Part shown: one piece after another, positions 20,940 through 33,450 of the stretch
How the letters are laid out: each line of letters starts with the position of its first letter
Numbering within the stretch: position 1 is the stretch's first letter
Source: Azolla caroliniana
Taxonomy: Eukaryota; Plantae; Polypodiophyta
NCBI GenBank assembly: GCA_043228905.1
Contig: JBHGNT010000022.1
Coordinates: 10,788,001-10,852,000 of the forward strand
Length of the DNA: 64,000 bases
Direction: 5' to 3'
Translations under genes and position numbers: made by a program
The notes under the pieces: generated by a model
Seen by the model: the letters and a program-made list of their open reading frames with translations, nothing else
Database searches by the model: none
Told to the model about the DNA's origin: nothing

Positions 20940-22945
20940 AAATAGAAGTTGGAATTGTAAATTTTGCAACAAACATATGCACGGGTCAGCAACACGAATG
21001 ATTGCTCATTTAATCGTAAAACCCAGCCATGGAGTAACGAAATGTATCAATGTCCCCAAGGAATTGTTGATTGACCTCACATCTTTATATGGTAATTGTG
21101 GAACTCAAACAATTGGTGAAGAAGAATATATAGTTGGTGAGATCGACTCATTCAACGTGCCTGAACAAGGTATAGACAAGAGCCTACATTAGGTGTCTTC
21201 ATTACTAATGGCCAAATAATTGTAAATGATTTATCTTGAAATGTTTTCTCTTGTAGGTGTTTCTACCTTAGGCTCATGTACCTTTGTTGGTGAAAGTCAA
21301 AGCATGTCATGTATGGGTGGTGGTCGTCACCAACCATATCCACTAGCAATGATAACGAAACAACAATCATTGCATAAAGGACACGTGTTACAAATGCAAA
21401 GGAAACAACATGCAAACGTTATGGAGGTGAGATGTATCATTGAAGCAAATTTGTCATTTAATCTACTAAAAACACCATGTTGGCGGAACATGTTAGAAGC
21501 TTTCTCTACAATTAGAGAGAAACATAGTGGAGTCACATATAATTACATGAGGATGAAAGGCTTGAAAAATGAGGTTATATCCTTGCAAGCAAAGTTAGAA
21601 AGGGTAAGAGGATTATGGCCCAAGTATGGTTGTTCTATACTAACAAATGGATGGGTTGATGTTTCTCATTGGCAACTTGTAAATGTCCTCATATCATCTT
21701 GTTATGGGACAATGTTCCTCAAGTCCATTGATTGCAGCCATGCTAATACAACACCAATAGTTGATAGCTCTTGGTTAGCTGAAAGAATTTCATGGTAAGG
21801 AAAATGTGGTCCAAGTCATTTCAGACAATGCATCTAGTTGTGTCTGCATGGGGTCTTTGCTAGAATCAGAGTTCCTTAATATTGTTTGGACTCCATGTGC
21901 AACACATTCTTTGGATCTACTTTTGGAGGACATTGGTTAGTTGCCTTGGATGAAAAGTATTATGATGAAAGCAAATACTATTGTACGTTTTTTTTGCAAG
22001 AAGAGGAATGCTAGGAATGTTTTTTCTGCTCACAGTAACCTCACCATCTTGAGACCTTCCAAGACAAGGTTTGGTGTGATGTATCTTGTCATACAACGTT
22101 TGCTCAAAGTTTGGCATCCTCTTGAGCAAACAGTGGTGAGTGACATGTGGAGGTCTTGGTCAGATTGCAATAAGCCAGATGCAATGAATGTAAAGAACTA
22201 CATCCTTGATCCTACTACTGAGTTCTCGTTTCAAGTTGTTTTGACCCTAATGGCACCATTGTATAGTGTTTTACGACTTACTGATAGGGAGGGATCCACT
22301 ATTGGATTGTTATATAAGTTTATGCGAAGAAGCAAAGATGTTCTAGCAAAAGGAGTGGAAGAAAACATCCCCCACAAATCCAAGTAAGTTTCATATTTAT
22401 TTTAATTTGTTATGGTTTCCTAAAATTAAACCTTCAATTGTTTGTTCATGTTTTAAGATGGATTCATTTGTAGAACCCTTTTAGGTATGTGGATGTTTTG
22501 AAGTTATTTGATATACGATGGAAATGGTTCAAGAGGCCAATCCACCTTGTAGCTCATTTGTTACATCCGATGTGGAGAGAGGAGGCTACATTTATTAACC
22601 CTGAGTTAATGGATGCATGGATGAGTTATGTGGAAAAATTGTACTCGACACTTGAATGTGATATCTTATTTCGTGAATTGCATGAATATCGGAATGGTAC
22701 AGGGACATTTAGCTATGCATTACCACATGAGGAGAGATCTATGATGACGCCAGTCACTTGGTGGGAAAATTTTGGAGCAAGAACTCCAAAGCTCCAAGCA
22801 TTAGTTGTTCGCATATTATCCCAAGTAAGTGTCAAGTGTTGAAAAAATGATCAATTTTATAGTTAAGTTCTGAAATAGCTCACTTTTGTGTACTATACAT
22901 TTTATTTCATATTTTACTTTTTATTAGGATTGCTCTTCTGGGGCA
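20940..22945 (+). pseudogene. hAT transposase (BED finger, DUF659-type core, dimerisation domain), intron-containing
   Basis: CKFC…RMIAHL, CSILTNGW, SDNA..C, WTPCATH, TRFG, AHLLHP and WWENFG..TPKLQ..RILSQ|DCSSGA. GT-AG introns near 22385-22485 and 22825-22927. Confidence 0.85.
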
Positions 22946-23311
22946 AACACGTTCGCGTTCACAAGTGGAAGGATCGCGCATAAATGGAAGGATAAGGGAA
23001 ATTTTGGTTGATGTTAGGGATTTTTCAATGATTTTATAAAACACATTGATACCAGTATCATACATGTTCAAACATACTATGAAAAAGTTTAAAAATCCAT
23101 TATTTTCATGATTTAGAAGTAACTAAAAAAAGACGAATTTCAAAAAGTTACATTCTCAATTTATATCACAAACTTTACAACCAATGTTATTTTATAAGAA
23201 ACAATTTTTTAGAAATCATAAGAATTCAAAACACTTGCTTTTATATTACTCGATTTGTTACAAGTGGAATGTAGTTACACTTAATAGCCAAATATACATT
23301 CATGATCACTC

Positions 23312-23690
23312 CATCTGGAATTGGTTGTTGTTGTTGTTGTGGTTGCTGTTGCTGCTCCGTTGATGGCTGCTACGACTGGTCCTTTGGTGGCTGCTGCGGC
23401 TGTTGTTCAGCCACTATCCGACCACTCCAATCGCTCCGATTGTTGCCCGGCTGCTCTTCAGCCGCTCTACGGCCGCTTCGACTGCTGACGGTTATCACCA
23501 ACCAACAACAGTCGAAGCGGCCGTAGAGCGGCTGAAGAGCAGCCGGGCAACAATCGGAGCGATTGGAGTGGTCGGATAGTGGCTGAACAACAGCCGCAAC
23601 AGCCACCAAAGGACAAGTCGCAGCAGCCATCAACAGAGCAGCAACAACAGCAGCAACAACCACAACAACAACAACAACCAATTCCAGATG
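23312..23690. repeat. Long inverted repeat (176/185-bp arms, 18-nt loop)
   Basis: 23312-23487 is the reverse complement of 23506-23690, with a few substitutions and a 9-nt indel. Confidence 0.95.
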
Positions 23691-23778
23691 AACCATTGGA
23701 GACTGTCGAACAAAGCATTCCGGATATTTTGGACGAAGAATAGCAAGGGTCAGATGGTGGATTCGACGTACAAGGTAC

Positions 23779-24231
23779 TGTCCCACGGGCGTGCCATGTG
23801 TTACCGGCCGGCGTAGGAGTTCAGAGTGTGAAACAAAGGAGTTATTTAATTATTAAGGAATGGTTGTAAGCTATTAGGGTGGACGGACGGACCGGAATCA
23901 GTATGCCGTTTCGGATCTGGACCGATCCCGAACAGGTGCGGATGGCACCGTTTTGTAATACAAACCGGATACCTATTTAAAGGCCCGGATACAATGTAAT
24001 GAGCAGCGGATAATTAATGAAGCTTAGTGTTTTTATCTCTTTGTGTTAATTGCCGTTTTGCATTCATTGTTATATCTTACGCGTGTGATTATTAAGGACG
24101 ATCTTGTTAAGTAACCTAATTAAGTCGGATTAATCATTGAGCCTAATCTTCTTGCCGTAACACCCCTTTGGGGAAGTGTCTTCCATAGACACCCTGTGTT
24201 AGGCCATTGTCCGGCCCTAAGAGTTAACACA
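23779..24231 (+). repeat. Putative LTR (single copy)
   Basis: TG…CA ends, CCTATTTAAA TATA-like box near 23972 and a PBS 5 nt downstream. The left boundary is uncertain because there is no second copy. Confidence 0.55.
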
Positions 24232-24236
24232 GTTTT

Positions 24237-24246
24237 TGGCGACCAC
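24237..24246 (+). promoter_or_regulatory. Primer binding site, tRNA-Arg type
   Basis: TGGCGACCAC is complementary to the plant tRNA-Arg 3' end (…GTGGTCGCCA, recalled). Confidence 0.65.
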
Positions 24247-24282
24247 GATTCCTGTTTTTGCAGTGAACGACGACACGAATGG

Positions 24283-25977
24283 ATGACTAGATCAACGCAC
24301 GACCTGGTTACAGATCGAACTCGACGCCTTGCCGAAAGGCAAAGGAGACGTGAGGCTTTCCAGCAAGCGGCACAGGAAATTAGAGCGGATCGCTCATTTT
24401 CCAACGTAATTCGGAGAGTAGTGGAGGAGTCCCTCTGGTTACAGCAAACATCGCACCCGGACGACGGCAGCAGCCTAAGCAGCCTCCAGGAAACCGAATC
24501 CCTTCTCCAGGCGTCGGCAAGTGGAGAAGGCGAAGTAGAAGCCTTTTCAGCGTATGAATCGGAATCCGAAGGGGAATACAACGTGCACACGAACTACCGT
24601 AGCAACAACGAAACCCCGGGCGGACCGGAGGATGAAGGATCGGACACCTTACCGACACCGGAACCGGAAGTGCTAAGGCTAGAACCTCCAGAACCAGAAG
24701 CAGAGGAAGAGCGACCTCCGACACCGGAAGTCGAGGAGGAGAGGCCTCTGTCACCAAAAGAAGAGGAAAGACCACCAACGCCGGAGACAAATTAGGAAAG
24801 ACCACCGACGCCGGAGAAAAACCAGGAACGACCACCAACACCACCAGCCCGCACACCGATACCGGACGACGACATGTCGTTCCAGTACTCCAAGTATAAA
24901 GATGATCCGGTACTGGAAGCTCATGTTCACGCCTTTGAACAGACATGGGAAGCAAACCATGTGTCCCAGTGATTGACCCCGGAGGAAGAGGAATGCTCTA
25001 AGATAGCAGAATTTGGCGTCACATTGGAGGGACCGGCAGCGAGATGGCGCCGGACGCAGGACCCGTCTACCATCACCACCTTCGCAGATTTAAAAGCTAA
25101 ATTCTTGCATTTTTTCCAAAAGGAGGTGGACCAGACAGTAATGGTGGGCTTGTTTTATACCATCCGACAGGAGGAAGGGGAGAGCATTCCCCAGTTTGTC
25201 ATCCGGTTTCAACGGATGCATAGTCAGCTTGCCCGCGCACCCCCGGAGGAGGAATTTAGGACTATATTCCTAAGTGCACTCCGGTAACCCCTACACACGG
25301 TTTGCACGGTAATTGACTTTCGTGCAAGTACCATTGACCAGGTCATTGACTGGGTGAGAGAGATGGAAAAGACAAGCTCCTGGCTCACACTGGGAGCACT
25401 CCAACGGGCGTTACCGTCCGATGAAGACCTCCGGTTTCGGCAAACAATACAGTGCACAACCTGCTTGAATTCCGGACACTCGGCACTAGAATGCACTATG
25501 AGGACGCAATGTGTAATTTGTCAATCCAAGGGCCATACGACGGATAGGTGCGAATATAATCTATTGAACCGGCAAACACCGCCCGTCGGACAAATAGAGC
25601 CATGCAGCAGCCGGGATGAAGAAGAGGAACGTTGGCGGCGAATGGACCGATACCGACCGGCACAGGATGTCCGGTATGGCGATCGACGGGAGAATGATGT
25701 CCGGTATGGTGATCGGCGGGATAACTACGACCGGAACGATAGAGATGATCGGTATCGGGATTACAATAGACAATACGAACATTATTACGGGGAGCACTCC
25801 CCCGGGTATCGGCAGCAACGGGAGGAATATGGCAGATATAACGACCAACCTCGTCAAGAGTACCGGAATAAGAACTATAAGAAAAAACGACATTTCAAAA
25901 AAGGCGACCACCCACGGGATCCGGAACAAGGAGCTTCAAGCAGCCAATCGGCCCAAAACCCCGCGCTTACCACATGA
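24283..25977 (+). pseudogene. Gypsy gag
   Basis: TLEGPAARW…IRQEEGESI..FVIRF, CTTCLNSGHSALEC and CVICQSKGHTTDRC. Internal stops present. Confidence 0.85.
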
Positions 25978-26372
25978 AAGGAAATGAAAATATGTTCGAA
26001 ATCGGCAAGCTGGTGTTAGTATTTCAGACCCGGATGGGCAAGATGCCGGGTAAACTACGGTTTAGATGAACCAGCCCATATTGGCTGACACAGGAGTATA
26101 ATGGGTCCTACCAGTTAGGGACATTTGCCGGCGAAGTGCTAGGCAAATGGGTCAACGGATTCAGATTAAAGCCATATAGAGGACCGATGCCCAAGAACCC
26201 ATTTGAGCAAAGGACCGACACCGGATCGGGAACTGGTGCGAAAACGGCAACCTGTGAGGGAAACGGCAACAACCAAGACGGAGTAGACGGTATGCCGGTA
26301 ACTGGGGAAAATGAGGCAACGGCAAACAGTAATGAGGCCGGTAAGGGTCCGATAGGACCAACGGACAAGTAA
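25978..26372 (+). pseudogene. Integrase C-terminal (GPY/F-type) remnant
   Basis: FEIGKLVLVF…GKLRFR*TSPY…WVNGFRLKPY. Protease, RT, RNase H and the integrase core are absent. Confidence 0.75.
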
Positions 26373-26741
26373 CCTCACACTACATTTAAAAAAAACAAAA
26401 AAACAACGAAGTAATCATGCAAAAGCGAGGTATGAACGGACGAGAGAGCGAGGAGCGAAAAGGTATGTAGTGGGCATTTAAGTGCCGCCATAGGACATAA
26501 TGCTATTTTAGGACACGACGTGCACACGCTCGAAAAAGGCGCCAGAATGCACAGAGAAAAACCACTACGCATGGAGACCCTCTACTTTCGCGAACCTAGG
26601 AGCACAGAAGCACCAAGGCGTTGGAAGATCATCAGACGAGAACCTACGCACAGAGAACCCCCGCTTTCTGAACTCTCTCTCTCTCACTCTGACTCTCATC
26701 ACCATCCAACCTTGCCACCACAATCCGACCTCGACACAGAC

Positions 26742-29365
26742 ATGGACCCGCAAATGCTGTCGGAAGCAGCCAAGAAATTGCTAAAGCAACACGGGCTCAA
26801 GGGCTTCTTGACGATTATGGAGGTACTGCCACACAAAGAAGCCGACAAGGTGATCAAAGAAATCGACACAGAGGTCATAACGTCGGAGGCGATCCGTGCG
26901 TTAACAAGCCTTCCAGAGGGAGGCATATTCACGATCGACAATCCGACCTCGGAGTAACTCATCAAGTATTTTGGTGAGTACTCCCTAGCCAGCAAGGGCT
27001 ACCGGACACAAGGCGGCGGAGATATGTTGTTCCACGAGATTGCCCGTGTGCTCCACGAATACGGCCATGTGTACCCTAGACCCCCTGTCATGCCACATAA
27101 CCGGGTAGGGATGATCATCGCCACCTATGAAGGGATCAAGGTGGATTGGCCGGTATTGATCGCAGACGGTTTGTGTGCGGCGATCGAGATCGTCAGAGGA
27201 AAAGAGGGCAAAGAAGGCCGAGAAGGACGGAGGATATGGCACGCAATAACGCAGTGGCTCACCTTGCTTGTGCCACCCGTCCAGCCCGTCCAGCCCAAGA
27301 AGCGGGGAAGAGTGGCGGACGGCACCCCAAAGACTGCTTCCAAAAGACAACAGTTGTTGGCCTCTAAGGCCACTAAGGGGAAGGCGGCAGACGCAGAACA
27401 GGCGGGAAAGGAGAGCGCCAACTGGAAGCGGCCAACGGATGCGCAGGAGGAACCACCGGTACGGCCCATAAAGATTACACTCCGCCGACCGGTGAATAGA
27501 GAAGCGGACCCCTTGGCGGCGAAACTCAATGCCGGGACTCAGGAGGAGGAGCCTACAGAGCACCTCCAGCGACGGTCGTCGGCAAGGACCGTTGAGGCAG
27601 TCGGGAAACGTTCGGACCCTCAGACGGAGGGACCACCGCCTCCCCATACTGAGAGTCCCACGCCAAGGGAGGAACCGGAACCGGTGCGTATGGCACCGGA
27701 ATCAGAAGCCCCTGCACCACCGGCAGCACTGGCAAGTCCCATTCCGCCAGAGCCGGAAAGTTCAATGCAACCTCCCTCGGCCAACCAAGAAGAAGTGCAA
27801 GGGGAATCAGGACAGCAGGGTGGTCCACGGGCAGAAACGGAATTGCAACTCGGCGCAATCAGGCGGGACCACCCACCCACAAGCGAGCCCATCTGTCAAA
27901 CCTCCGTGCAAGCGCAACAACAATGCACCGGTAGCCTGTGGCTCCGGTGAATAGGCGAACAGATTGCCGGAGCAGTGGGGCATATTGAGGCGGAAGAACG
28001 AGCGCAAAGTGAATGGTTGGTCGTCACAACCGAACAACTAGAGACGGCCCGGTCCAGAATCCGGTGCCTTGAAAAAGACTTGGATCAGGTGACGGTAGAA
28101 ATGGCCAAAATGGCCTTAACGGCAACACAGATCCAATCACCGGTGACTCTGTTAAGTGTACAGGATAAAGAAACAGACCAACCTGTACATACTAATAAGA
28201 CCCTGGCAATGGAAACCGTTCCAGAGAGAGATGCGGCGCAAGCCCAGGAGCTTGCGGAATTGAGAGATGAACTTGCCGCACAAGAAGCACTAAGGAGCCG
28301 TGAATGGGAATTGAAGACAACGGCCGAAGCAGAATTAAAGAAGACTGCTGAGAACCTCCGCCGGGCAGAGGAGAGCCTCCGGAAAGGCCATCAAGCATAC
28401 GACCGGTTAAGGGAGGAAAAAGACAAAGTGTTGCAGGAAAAGGACAAGCTGCGGAAGACGGCGGAAACGGAAATTGAACGACTAAAGGAGGAGCTCCGCT
28501 AGCAGAAGGACCACGAGGACCGGGCCCGTCGACAGATCAACGTACGACTCAAGCAAAAGACAGATGATTTTGAGCACCTGCATCGGGACTACAAACGGCT
28601 GGAAACGGAGCATAAGGAACGGATGGCCGAGCTCCGGGAGGAAGTCGATCAGGCCACGATGGCGCTCGCCAACGAACAAGCGGAAAATACAAGACGGTTG
28701 GACGAGGCGGAGAAGGTCCGGATGGAGCTCCAGAGTCAGTAGTAGGAAGAAAGGGAGAGAGCGACAACGGTATTGCAAAAATTACAAAGCACATATCAAA
28801 GGCAATTGACGCATTACAAGGAGCAGGCGAAAGACAACGTCAAAATCATCAAGCAATTGAAGGAGGAACAGTAAGCTATGGAGATCAAATTGCAGATGGG
28901 AACGGGCCGGATTCAGTGCATCCTCCGGGCATGGCTGAATCAGACAAAACGCTTGATTGACGAAAGCTCCGTAAAATGGTGGACAAAGTGGGCACAAAAT
29001 ACGGCGGAACTCCAATTGCTACGGGCAGATGTGGTAAACCGTCGGAAGGAAGGAGATGATTGTTACACGTTGACTTCCGAGGACTTCACCGCCATACAGG
29101 ACGAGCTGGCTGAAGACTTCCAAGTCCTGGCGGATGAACAACTGGTGCAGGTCCGGCAACTCGTAGCTCAGCTAGACGATGATAGGCTGGACGCTCAAAT
29201 CCAGTTTGAGAGCTACGAGCGGTCCCGGGTTCGGGAAGAAAAAGCACGGGAAGCAGCAACGATTAACCTTACTGATGAGGAACCGTCGTCGGTCGAGGGC
29301 CAGGCCGGACCCAGTCAACCGGAGACCACTACCACGGAGGGAGCAACAACGGAAATGCCGGTGTT
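26742..29365 (+). pseudogene. Extra 3' ORF of the Gypsy (globular N-terminus, Pro/Glu linker, long coiled coil)
   Basis: ORF fragments starting at 26520, 27024, 27975 and 28878 share one frame and are broken only by stops (about 875 codons). Confidence 0.7.
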
Positions 29366-32071
29366 AGAGAATCACTACTATAACTAATATACAATGACGA
29401 TTCCTCCTCGTCATCCTCGGATGTACCAATCAGTGCATTATCTTTGTCATAAAACAAATGGTTTGACTCTAGATTATATGTAGCAGATCTCGTTTGCCTT
29501 TGACTCGAGCCACCTTGTAGACCTGGTAATTTTACTTTTATTATATCTATAGTTGACTTCCTTAATCGTCCGACTTTTGTAAGGGTGAAGTCGTACACGA
29601 TGATATCCACATCAGAGATATCAAGGGTCGAGGTGTTACGAATGTTTCGCTTCCTCTTCCTACCTCCCCTTCTTGTTGGGCATTCAATCATCTCCAATGT
29701 ATACTTAGATGTAAAAGCATTTGCACTTCTAGTGTTGTACCAATGAACATTTATAGACTTGATCGTGTTTTCTATTTCATGCATTAGCACTTCTAGAATT
29801 TTACCAACCCAAAATTGGTGGCCATGTGAGTTCTCATCAGCCAGCATTGCAATCAACATCCCCGCGGTGAGCTCTTGCAAATTGCCTTGCCATCTAGCTT
29901 CCGCTGCTTTGGTCATCCTTGGTCCCACATAAATGTCTCTTTGTTGTGGATGGACCAAGCTATCATTAATCGCATTTGTTGGTTGCTCCAGAGTTCTATT
30001 TACACGATCATGTTGCAACGACCATGTGAATGGTGTTTCCAAATTCCAATTATCACCAAATACACAGTTGTCTATAATTCCTTTCTGATCACTATAAAAT
30101 ACATCCCACCATGACGTGTCTTGTTATGCGGCATATTTCTTGGCAGCCTCAATATGCTTTTTTTCTTCTTCTAAGGCTTGGAGCCATGACCGTTTCTGTT
30201 TTGATACCAAGTCACTCTGCAACTATCCTTTCTTCTCAATTGGCATTTGCTTAGCTCCATGGACAATTGTACTCGGCATACAAAGTAATAACTGGCAACC
30301 ACCTTCAGGTTCCCATGTTGTAGAAGATGAATATTGTTTAGCATACAAAAGTGTAGAACCACTTATTCCATTTTTCTTTATCATAAAAATGTGATTGAAA
30401 CTTATATTGTTTAACTGAGCAAGCACTTTAAGATTCCCACCACCCCCATCTGATATATATCTCTTAAAGTCATATACCTCCTTCAAGTGTAACACTTTTG
30501 GGTGTGGTGTATATGCATCACAAATGACATCAAATAGTTTAGGTAAAGTGAAAGCATCATGCCGAGACAACTTCTGGAAAATGTGCTAAACATCTGATCT
30601 ATATATGGTCATGTGTGTGGCCAACCAAAAGAAAATTGACTTTCACTTTCCTAAACAATTCTTGGTTGACCAACATGCTTAGATAGCCAAACACAATTGA
30701 ATTTTTGTTCTCTGTAGCAGTATTGTCCAATTGAATGTATAGAACAAGGGGGAAAGGTTGGCCCCAAGACATCAAAACTCGGTGAATGACTGTAATTGTT
30801 AGGTTAGGGTCATTGTGAACATTGGGGTATGTAATGAAGACGTGAGGTCCAATAGACCTATTATAAGCCAAGCATCCCACCAAGTGCATTTGAACAAGGC
30901 ACTCATCATTGACATCTTTGGGGAGCCTCCGCATATGCGGCAAGCACGTCTTCTTCTGGTCCATGCCATCTATCATTAAGCACATGTATTGTTCGGGCCT
31001 CTTCAAACACTTCTCTCTATGATGCATCGCCTTCTTTCGTTCTAATGATTGTGCCTCACGATGCTCTTGTAGTAACTTCTTACTCATATCCTTTTCCATT
31101 GATGTCTTTGCACCTTTAGCCAAACTTTTAAGATTTGCACAAATGGAGCAATAGCCCATGCATACTTTACGTGGAATGATAACATTTGAAAACCGAGCTC
31201 TCCATAATCTTGTGAATTGGCTATAGGTGATAGACTTATTACGTGAGCCCACCATATCAGATCGATAGACATCATAAACTTCCCGACGTGTATAATTATC
31301 AGAAAGGTGCATCCTACCTGTAGTGGGCATTACTTCACAATTTAACTGAAAGTAACTTTTCATCCAACCAATAGCATGTCTTCTAATTGCACCTTTCATA
31401 CTTGGAACCTCTTTACAATTGAGCATATGATCCCCACTAAGTAGACGTTGTTGTACTCTATGTAGCCGCATGTTACTAACACATAACGCAATTTTGAATG
31501 CAACTCTACATATCTGTTGCGCATGGAAGATATAATACTCGAATGATACTTTGATCCCCATACATTTGTTAGATACTAGTTGCATATGTGACCCGAGGTA
31601 AGTGTCTTGCTCATCACCAGTCATCAAAAAATAGTATCGCCTTAATTCTCGCAACTTTGATTTTCCAATCATAGACATACAACCACAGGCACAACATATT
31701 TTTTTGACATCAAATCCAATCTGTTTTTCTGATGTCACCAAGCTAAATCTAGCTAGACGAATTCTTCGTGGGATTCTTCTAATATGCATAGGGCTTCCAG
31801 ATTTCTCTTCCTACATAGAGGTTGGTGTAACCTTGTTACAATCTAATTCTTTGTTGTGACCATCGCCAATGTTATTTGATGTCTCATTGGCACTACCTTC
31901 ATTCTCCGTATCTTTATTAATATCGTATTCTTCAATAGAGAACTCTTCACTTCTATCATTATTTACATTCCCTGTAGGTGAAGATGAGCTCAGACAATAT
32001 TCTTCGATAGAATATGATGAGTCTGTCGACAAACAATATTCTTCAATCGAGAACGGTGAATCTTCACTCAT
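29365..32071 (-). pseudogene. Sola1-like DDD transposase
   Basis: CSIC…H finger, MIDGMDQ, YIQLDN…ENKN and FLLVGHTHDHI(D)QMF. In-frame stop at 31811-31813 and a 2-nt insertion near 30600. Confidence 0.7.
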
Positions 32072-32559
32072 GGCTTAAGGTCTAGATAAGGCTCTGTAAG
32101 TTATGTGCTTAGGCTAAGCCAAAAAACTAATAAACTCCTCTCTAAACATAAACTTCTCTCTAAACAAAAGCTCCCTCAATAGAATGTCTATAGGGTTAAA
32201 GCACACTACGGTGTACCAAAAAAGTATTCTTTTTGGCCAAAAAAAACATGTCTACTTTTTATATTGTTAGTACTAAAATTTAATAAATAATAATAATTTC
32301 GGTAAAATTAAAATTCAAGAGTGACGTGGGAGTAGTACAAAGTGCAATAATGTCAGAAAATGGGGGGAAAGTAATATGAGAGGATTTTACCATTTTGGGG
32401 GGTATTGCCCCCTTCACATTAAATATTTTTCACTTTTTCAAGTTTTTACCTTTTTCAAAATTTCACCTTTTTCATTTTTCATGCTTTTTCTTCTCATCAT
32501 TCTTCTTCCAACCAAGCCTTCTCCTTACTTAGATGTAAACCTTATTTCTGAATCGTTCT

Positions 32560-33450
32560 CCTATCTCTGATTTGAACCTTATGCATGAATCGTTGTCTTA
32601 ACTCAGATTTCATGCTTCATCTTTCAATACTTCACCTAACAACATGGTTGAAGCTTCTTCCATGAATAATAAGATTATTCTAACTTAGATTTGAAGCTTT
32701 TTCTAACACCAATCTTTTGCACTCAGATTTGAAGCTTCTTCCAACACGAATCTTCTACACTCAGATTTGAAGCTTCTTCCAACACGAATCTTCGGCACTC
32801 AGATTTAAAGCTTTGTCTAACAGGAGTCCTCCTATCTCTGATTTGAAGATTCTTTGATGAACCATATATGGTTCATTGATTAGGAAACTTCTTCCTCGTG
32901 TTCATATTTCTTCTCATATTCTCATGTAGATTTCTTTCATTTTCTTTTTTCTTCTCATATTCTCATGTCTAACATGAGTCTTCCTATCTTCGATTTGAAG
33001 TTTCTTCCATGAGCTTTGGCTAATATGAGTCCTCCTATCTCTGATTTGAAGATTCTTTGATGAACCATATGCGGTTCATTGATTGGGAAACTTCTTCCTC
33101 ATGTTCATATTCTCATGTAGATTTCTTTCATTTTCTTCTTTCTTCTCATATTCTCATGTCTAACATGAGTCTTCCTATGTTCGATTTGAAGTTTCTTCCA
33201 TGAATAGTAAGTGGTTCATAGATAGAGGAGATTTTTCCTTATGTTTATCTTTCTTCTCAACTTCTCATGTTCATCTTTTTTTCATGTTTATTTTTTTTAT
33301 GTTCATCTTTCTCATGTAAATCTTTTTCATGTTCATCTTTCTCTTGTAGGTTTTTTTCATGTTCATCTTTCTTCTCTTATTCTCATTTCCAATATAAGTA
33401 TTCCAATCTTCGATTTTCAAGTTCTTCTATGAATCATAAGCGGTTCATAC
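32560..33450. repeat. Degenerate tandem repeats (38-bp unit and longer composites)
   Basis: TCAGATTTGAAGCTTCTTCCAACACGAATC recurs (32723, 32761, 32799). Duplicated blocks of about 200 bp at 32820-33240. Confidence 0.75.

Larger units (their letters stand above)
19177..22945 (+). mobile_element. hAT DNA transposon, 3'-truncated
   Basis: Begins CAACGTTG exactly where the Copia homology stops. ACGTA-rich subterminal repeats and a transposase pseudogene follow. No right TIR found. Confidence 0.75.
23506..29365 (+). mobile_element. Rearranged non-autonomous Gypsy (Athila/Tat-like) with one internal LTR, gag, deleted pol and an extra ORF
   Basis: Putative LTR at about 23779-24231, PBS TGGCGACCAC, gag with two knuckles, integrase tail only, and a long 3' ORF. 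Confidence 0.7.

Noticed and set aside
23302-23718. Cys-rich metallothionein-like ORFs (CCCCCGCCCC)
   Set aside because: Translation of (TTG/TGC)n in the hairpin arms. The complementary Gln-rich frame explains them.
23312-29365. DIRS/tyrosine-recombinase element as an explanation for the inverted repeat
   Set aside because: No tyrosine recombinase motifs. A PBS and a DDE-integrase tail indicate Gypsy.
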